A stretch of DNA of 64,000 nucleotides from the human T2T-CHM13v2.0 reference genome, Homo sapiens, in the NCBI RefSeq assembly GCF_009914755.1, contig NC_060926.1. One strand, written 5' to 3'. Below, piece by piece: positions 56,291-64,000 of the stretch (positions are counted from its first letter, which is position 1; every line of letters starts with the position of its first letter). Made by a program: the position numbers and the translations under genes. The notes beneath the pieces were generated by a model. It did no database searches. It saw nothing but the letters and a program-made list of their open reading frames with translations, and had not been told where the DNA came from.

Positions 56291-58457
56291 TTAGAAGTTT
56301 AAATTAGAGGATATAATAGCCAACTTGCTACTTGGTTACTGATGTTTTCAATATGTGAGAAAGTTGTCAATTAAAAATCTAACAACAACAATAATAGGAT
56401 AGCAAACACTATAGGAATAGCTGAAATGTGCGGTCTAAAATAACAATGTAGTAGAACAGAGTAAGTTGTTTACATAGAATGAACACTTGATATCATTATA
56501 CCAACCTCAAATTAGCTTAGAAGCTGTCTGCAGGTTTTGTCCAGGAATCCCAGGAAGACCAGTCTTCATAAGGCACTCACCAATCACACCACTATGTAAA
56601 AGGAATGAAGTGAAGCACTTTTAAATATATTAATCACAACAGTTCTTCAGGTAAAGTTATTCGTATCTAGGTAACAAAGCCAGACGCATTAAGGCTAAGT
56701 GACTTGCCCAGCATCGCATAAAAATGATTTTTAAAATGGCAGAGGTCAGTAGAAGGAGAGATTTAAAAAAAAAAAAGGAAATGAAAAGGCAACTGGATGA
56801 AAATCTAGCCTATTGAAGCAGGAAAGCACAAAGAAGAAAGAAAAAGTCGGGGGGAGGGGATGTGAATACTTATGCAGCTGGCATTTCCTGATGTTCAGAA
56901 TTACAGATTTATATGTGGTTTGGCTCTAGATAAAGAACTCCTTTCCCAGACAGGTTAGGGTTTGTGTGGTGGTGAATCAGGCCTAGTGGGGAGAGGAGAT
57001 TGAAGTGGCCCCACATTCAGGTTTCTCAGAGCTGGGTCTGGAGATGTAAGAGTGGTTGGAGCAAAGTTGGGCCTAGCTGTTATGAAATCATATTCAGCAT
57101 CAATTCCAACGTGCCCAGGTGGACAGTCCAGAACAGAATTAAAACAAAACCAAACAGAAAAGATCTTTCCTGTGAATTAGTTACAAGCAAGTAGTCATAA
57201 AATGGTTGCCTGAAGGTGTAGCCTCAATTGATCCCTGAGGCAGTGGCTTGTGAAACACATCACTCTAATAATCTTGCCTGCTTTACTCCTGGGCAAGGAA
57301 AAGTTGTTTCAGATAGAAAGCAGTGCTAACCAGTGCCTGGAAGAGTAAGTAGGTGCTCAATAAATACTTGTTTAAAACTAAATAAGTAAGTGAGTAAATT
57401 AAAAATTGCCAGACTGTGAGCCTCAAGATCTGTGCTTTAAGCGTATTTAATCTCCTAATATGTGGGTTATCTTGGGCTGATCATTAAGTCTCATTTTTGA
57501 AGAAGTCAAACAAATTTACCAATCAAAATGAAGCACCCGTTGATTAAGAGAAGCAAGTGAAACTTTAATTATGAAAATACTGAATCCGAATCAATACACA
57601 AATAGAAGACATTATATTTATTATTTGGAATCCATTGAAAAAAATATACAATGCCAGATCAAGGAAAGATAATGGTTTGTGAGAAAAATCTTGGCTTTAG
57701 TAATAATTCCTCCTGGAAGAAAAAAGTAATGGGAATTAATTATAGTTGATGAAGGATTAATAAATATGGTTTATGTTACGAATATCAGAATGTTTAGATA
57801 ATAGTATAAAAAGGAAAACAAAACACACTTTAGACATTTTTATTTCCAAATTTTTTCTCTGCTTTTTCTCCTATAAAGGAAGTGAGGCATAAAATAATAC
57901 TGTGGTAATTGACTTATCTCAAAAAGTATAATATAAAACATAATAAAGTGATATATACCAAGTGATCTCTGATAGTTACATTATACCTCTCATATTTAAT
58001 TTATATTTCCCCCACAAGTTACCCTTTTCCAACCTTTACCATTTATAATTTATCATATTTCTAATGAATTGAATCTCTTCAGTTATACATGGTTTCCAGA
58101 AATGCTTGGTAACAATGCAGTTGTTTTCTGCAGAAGTAGTTTTTGAAAAACAGTCAGAAATTCCTAAACGTGCTTCTAATAAGTGTCTTGCACCCTCAGA
58201 GATGTCTCCTGAGCTGCTGCCTAAGTTAACACTGAGGAAGAAGATTTAATGGTCTGTCTCTTGAGATTTTTCTGTTGGTTCTCAGGAATGAAGAAAGTTT
58301 ACAATAATGCCTTTATTAAATGCTTGTGTCATGCTTTGTTACTGTTGATGTTTTAAAGAAAGACAATTTTCCACAATTCATACTTAATTATGTTACACAT
58401 AATTGTATGTGTAACAATTATCTTAAGAAAAAGAGAGGAATTTCATTGAACATCCTC

Positions 58458-58616
58458 TCAAGTTGTAAATATACTGTTATTTATGCAGATACATAAACAT
58501 ATAGATTCCAAACATGCTCCCTCCATTATTAAAAACACTAAATTTCACTTCATCTAGGAAAGATACTTCTTGCACTAAACTGCATGACATTTGACACCTA
58601 CATATACTACAAATAT
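58458..58616 (+). repeat. Copy 1 of a local dispersed duplication
   Basis: Aligns with 60117-60286; by my count 13 substitutions and one 11-bp indel. Confidence 0.95.
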
Positions 58617-58989
58617 CTCATGCTGTCGTAATAATTTCGTTTTCTAAAATTACTTCATCTCCATTACATACATTGTTTTTTTTTCCATCGAAATCAACAT
58701 TCCTAATATTAGATTGCAAGGATGAAGAAGATAAGAATTTATGTCAACCATGCTATACATAAAACCCAGCAGATCATGAGAATGGGAGTGACTAATCCGT
58801 GCTTCAGCATAACGCTGTAGCCACCAGGAGGCTTAGAACTGTATCCCACTCTACGGCGCAAGCATGTTACTTGGCTTGGGCCAAGGACCTGACTCAACCA
58901 AGCTCCCATCCTTTGAAATGAAAATTTGTGAAATTTCTGTAAATGTCACCTATGAATCTACAAATTGCCCCCTGAAAAAGACATTGCAT

Positions 58990-59360
58990 TATGTCAGTTA
59001 GATTTATTAGGTTGCAAACAAAGAAAATGACAACCTAGCTTAAGCAGAAATGAAATTTATCAAAAGGATATTGTGTAGCACACAGAAAGTATGAGATAGT
59101 TGGCCAAGCACACTCAAAAAAAGCAGCGACCATGTTCCAGGTAATAGGAAATAAAGAGCAATCTCTCCTGGAAGGCAATGTTGTTGCTTTTTAAATCATC
59201 ATAACATTTAACTCAAAATTCATATTCCCAGAGGAAAGAGTCCTATGGACCCACTTCGGCACATCATTGGTTAGAGGACATCAAGTCCCTTGATTTAACG
59301 TTTTCCTAAGTGGACTCATAATGAGGAAGAGTTCTTAGGCCCAAGAACAAGGGTCTCTTA
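58990..59360 (-). mobile_element. MLT1K/L-like old MaLR LTR
   Basis: ggttgcaaacaaagaaaa...tagcttaagcagaaatgaaatttatcaaaaggatattg. Confidence 0.55.
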
Positions 59361-60116
59361 TTAGATAGATTCAATTACATTAATTATAAATTAGATTATC
59401 TTAAATTGAATTCAGAAAAGAAGAGTTGATTCTAAAAAACAGAGGAAATATAAACATAGGGCCTTTCATTGGCCATCTAATATACCATATCAATAGACTT
59501 TTAGTAATATGGGCACATTTTTATTAAATTTAGGATTAATATTACAAATGAAAGTTCGTTTTCAAGGAGTGGAAAATAATTGTGCACTGATCAAGGGAAC
59601 TGGTGATTCAAAAGAAATTAGGTTCATGTACATACTTGTGTTTATTGATTTACCCTAAAGTACTGAAAACAACCAGAGGAAATATTTAGGTATACTGGAT
59701 GTGCTAGATTTTTCAAACAATTGAGAAGACTGGTGTGCTGTTTGTGACAGTAAAGCCAACCCTAAACTTCAATGGCATATAATGTTATTTTACCCAACAA
59801 GTTTCTCCTCCAAATTGCCTCTAAATTCCACCACCAGAGAACCACTGCTTTGGGCTGAATTTTGCCTCTCTCTTTCATTTATATGTTCATTTGTTTGTTT
59901 GTCAGCACACAAAAGCCCCTCTTAATTACAACCATCTATCAGGAAGGCATTAATGTTGAGTGCTAGTTAAATGCCCTTCTTCCTCACAGAAGGCAGCAAG
60001 GACATCTGGGGTGGGGCAAAGTTCATAGTCAACCAGAGGAACTGAAGAGGAACAGAGAAGAAAAGTACTGGAAACAGGGAGGCTCTCCCCACCCAACAGC
60101 CACTGCTAAAATTTTT

Positions 60117-60286
60117 TCAAGTTGTAAATAGATTGTTATTTATGCAGATACATAAACATACAGATGCCAAACATGCTCCCTCCATTATTTGTGTTTACTT
60201 AAATACACTAAATTTCACTTCCTCTGGGAAAGTTATTTCTTGCACTAAACTGTATAACATTTGACACCTACATGTAATACAAATAT
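60117..60286 (+). repeat. Copy 2 of the local dispersed duplication
   Basis: Same alignment as copy 1. Confidence 0.95.
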
Positions 60287-61380
60287 GTAGGTATCAATTC
60301 GATCAATTTAATAGATTTCAGTCGATTAAACTGCAAACTTGTTCAATATTTATTTGATATAAAATCTATAGCCCTTGATTTTTATACAAAATCCCTCCCC
60401 AAGTTATTTAAATCTTTATTTTGCTTTTGCTTAAAATACAGACCAACTATTTCCTGGAGCTAATTAACCAAGGCCTGTTACACATGTTGGAGACTTGACA
60501 AATCATTTGCTTTCCCTCACCTCAATTATGTCAGAACCTCTTTAATTTAACTTCAAATTATTGGCATTATTATAAAAATTATGAATTCAATCAGAATTAT
60601 CTCATTGTTAATATATTGTAACATATTAATATTGTATTAACATATCTGCATTTATTAACATATTATGGTTTTTAATATGATAAAACATAGTAAACATTTC
60701 TAAAATTTTTCACCTATATCCATCGCAAAACTTAAATTTCATTACTTTTCAGTATGTTACAAAATACAACTTAACATTGTGGAATAGCCTGAATTTCTTA
60801 CGGCAAAATTTTCTTTGGGTCACTGAATTTAATTAAAAGAAGGTAACAAGCTTGCACCTAAATACACAGAGCATGTTTAAGACTGTCTTCATAATGCTTA
60901 AACACCTTCTTAAGAATGAACAAAATATGCAACACCTTATTTGTGTACATGATCTTTCTAAAAATCTCTTTTCACACACTGAATCAACTGATTATTTAGC
61001 TTTGTCATAGTAATGATATTTTATTTTTTGATATATATATAAAACCCAAGATAAAAATAAAAATACTGTATATGTATATATATACATAAAGAACCTCTAA
61101 ATAATACTTCTCAAGAGTAAAGACATCTGGGTATGCATAATTTTGAAGTTTAGTCGGGTAGTCCACAATATGCATTGTTCAAGTCTTTACAGTAAATCAT
61201 ATGTTAACACCAAAGTAAAATTTCATTGTAAAAGCAAGACTAAGAAAATAAAAGTTTAGCAACAGTTATAAAGTTCCAAATAATTTTAATGTAACTTTTA
61301 AGTTTGAAGGGGAGCGTAACTATTTACTGATGGAACATTCCAAACTGCATCGCCCCAGGGCTGAGAGGCAGCGCCATTAC

Positions 61381-61547
61381 CTATTGTAGTTTTCTTCCGT
61401 CTGTCTCTCACTGTCTAGATTTTGATTTCAGATTTGTCACTTTCTCTTCCAGAGCAGTACACTTTTTTGACAGTAGAGGGCACTTTGAATTTAGAGAAAG
61501 CTCGAGAAATCTCTTCCTGAATCTTCATTCAGAGAGCTTTTGTTTGA
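61381..61547 (-). other. Candidate 167-nt exon of a minus-strand transcript
   Basis: Strong acceptor TTGTATTTTATTTCTTTATAG and donor CAATAG|GTAATG. Purine-rich interior in otherwise very AT-rich DNA, about 1.8 kb from the CpG island. All frames contain stops. Confidence 0.45.
61452..61483 (+). promoter_or_regulatory. CTCF-like site with upstream motif
   Basis: GAGCAGTACA-CTTTT-TTGACAGTAGAGGGCAC against recalled consensus CTGCAGTTCC-N5-TGGCCASYAGRGGGCRC. Confidence 0.55.
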
Positions 61548-63389
61548 CTATAAAGAAATAAAATACAATTTTAGTCTACATTTTAAATGATGCATATTTT
61601 TAAACTATGTGATGCAAAAGTTTGTTTCTTTTATATGAATCAGTTTTTCATTTTGTTATTTTATAAAAATACTGTAATATGAATTTCATGCAATATTGCT
61701 GTATCTAGAAAAGATTAATGATTTAATAATATAACAAATTATGATCAACTCATGAGTCAATAAATCTTTGATTTTTCTCTAATGAAAAGAGACAATAAGG
61801 GATAAAACCCTATGTATACATTAAGTGAAACCTCAAAAAAACCACCAAAATCCTAAAATCAAAGAATAAAAATATAAAATATCTAAATGAAATCAGACAC
61901 AAAAATTATATTAACCCAACTCACCACAGATATATAAATGCTTTCTTCTTCTTCTTTTATTGAAAAAATATTCTTAATGAAATATAAATTTGTATTTAAT
62001 CTTATATATCATTTTATAAAAATTCCTTAATAGTACATTGGAAAAAACATTACAATGATCTATCTGACAATCAATTCACTTGTCTTTAAGAAATTTTTTT
62101 CAAATTTTTATAAAATGCTTCAAAGTGTTGCTGAAATTTATGTAAAATAATTTATCTAAATGTAGTATAATTGTTTTTCTAATATAAATTAATAACTTGA
62201 TCACATTTATTAATGTGACTATACAATCTTACTTGTAAATATTCCACTCCATTTCAAATAATCAAAATATAAAATTAATGCATTTTGAAATTTCAAAATA
62301 AACTGTTACTTCTTTAATATTCTTTTGTTACCACATCAAATAATTACCTCTTCAAATTTAAGGCACTAAGTTCTTTAACATTAAAAAAAAAAAGTGTTTC
62401 CCCATTTAATTGAAACCAGTTACCCTAAGTGTACAAACTGAAAATTTGAAGTTTAACTTATTTGTTTGGTCCAACCAAAAATGCATCTACATAAGGATCA
62501 TTGTGAGTCTAGTAGTTTCTGGCCTATGGAGAAACCCCCAGTTTTGCCTTTAAAGAGTTTATACTTAAAAACAGAAGAGGAAAAACATAAATCAATTTAA
62601 TTTTCCAGCAAGTGAATAATGTGCCTAAAATCCTCGTGAAAAGCCCAAGTACATAAAGAAATACATAATTTAATGGGAGAGCTAAAGTTAACGTATATGA
62701 AATATTATAAGCTTTTGGATAGAATTTAGCAATCATTATAAGATAACCTTACTGAAGGTAAACAAGATGGCTCTAAATGCCAAAAAAAAGTACAATCAGT
62801 TTTGCCTAAGTATTTAATAGAAAGAAATCTACACTTTTAAGAAAGGTTTGTTGATATTTGCTTATCTAAATAAGGAAAATAAAGTTGAATGCTTCCACTC
62901 ACCCTAACTTTCAAAAATATGAGAAAAAATAATATAAAGATGTATGTCTCACATATGACCTTGCCCTGTGTAATTTTCATAAGTGAAAAGCAAATAAACA
63001 GCAATTGTCACTATTCTAAACACACAGCTGCGTTCCATAATATTTATCCTTACTCCTTCCCTCATTTATTATTGCCGGTAAATTATGTATTTGTCACTAA
63101 CACTAGCTGAATAGATTTGAAACAGTAAGTGTAACAGGCTCAAATGGACAGTGCCTATTATCTTTTCCCTTTTCTCTCCTGCCCTTTTATGGCCTATAAC
63201 TTCATTCAATCTGTAGCTACATTTATGTTCCTTTTACAACAAAAAGGGTCATAATGCTGTCTCTGATAATACTGAAATTGCCTAATTTGTTCGTCTTCTT
63301 TCAACGCCTTGGAAATGGTCACCCTCTCCAGTTATGCCTGGGTTTGTCCCCATCAACTTTGAAAATTAAGGTCCTGTTTAGTCACTGGC

Positions 63390-64000
63390 AATCGCACCAC
63401 CAAAACGCCTTCGGGCATTTTGTTCAGCCAACAGGGTGATAGAGGCCGAAGAGGCCCAGGTCTGGCTGGCTCAGGAAACGCACTCCTGAAGCCGCAGGCC
63501 CACCTACTACTACTAGAACAACCCCGGGTGTCATTCGCGTGCCTCTCGGTGCGGTGGGGGCGGACAGTTGCGCCAATCCCCGAAGCAAGGGAGGGAGCAG
63601 CGGGTCAGCTGACGCTGAGAAGGCGCGAGTGAAGGAATGAGAAGAATTTGCTTGCTCAGAAGATGGGAGCGATAGGGACTCCCTACTCTGACTCCTGGCG
63701 CGGACAGGCGTAGGGAAGAAGTCGAGCCTCCCCACAGCTGTTGCCACTCGGGCTGTCGCCGCGGCGGCCGCTGTTGGCTGCCGCGCCGCTGGGACTGAGA
63801 TGACTGTGGCTGGGCCGGCCACGGCAGCTGCTTCTGCCTTGACTGCTGCCCCTGACCCTTCTGCTGTTTCTTCCTTGATTTTAGCATCAGCTTTTTCTTC
63901 TTCTTCTTTTTTCCCCACCCCGGCAGCACCTCTTGTAAAAAGCAGAAATAGCCTCTACATTTGCCAGAGAGCGTGGGTGCAGGGAGGGGAGGCTAAGGTG
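63390..64000. promoter_or_regulatory. CpG-island-like region (probable promoter or first exon), may continue past the right edge
   Basis: Sharp rise in GC and CpG density (e.g. gtcgccgcggcggccgctg, including a NotI site) in unique sequence; CCAAT and GGGGCGG elements near 63555-63577. Confidence 0.8.

Noticed and set aside
56284-56309. 10-bp hairpin CTCTAATTTA/TAAATTAGAG
   Set aside because: AT-rich, at the edge of an L2 remnant and too short for a pre-miRNA; intrinsic terminators do not apply to this DNA.

Overview
AT-rich primate, human-like genomic DNA, with a CpG-rich island at the right edge (about 63.39-64.0 kb). I can support no intact protein-coding gene, rRNA, tRNA or CRISPR array, and I could not name the locus. 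Much of the window is old interspersed repeat: Tigger1 and hAT DNA transposons, MaLR/ERV LTRs (THE1, MST, MLT1, MLT2, MER61, LTR37, LTR33/41-like), Alu, MIR, L1 and L2. Many insertions retain readable target-site duplications (TSDs) and several are nested. The listed ORFs are mostly antisense Alu, LTR or chance frames. The main observations are (1) a full-length U6 snRNA copy fused to an L1MA 3' end inside one 17-bp TSD pair, and (2) a chain of minus-strand exon-like segments from the CpG island down to about 5.2 kb, which may be a decayed multi-exon gene or spliced lncRNA (speculative). Also seen are (3) a CTCF-like site with correctly spaced upstream motif, (4) a 160-170 bp duplication of apparently unique DNA spaced 1.66 kb apart, (5) two hairpin-associated tandem triplications, and (6) a full-length MST provirus with discordant LTRs. 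Repeat family names come from my recall of consensus sequences, not from a database search. Boundaries without a TSD are approximate.
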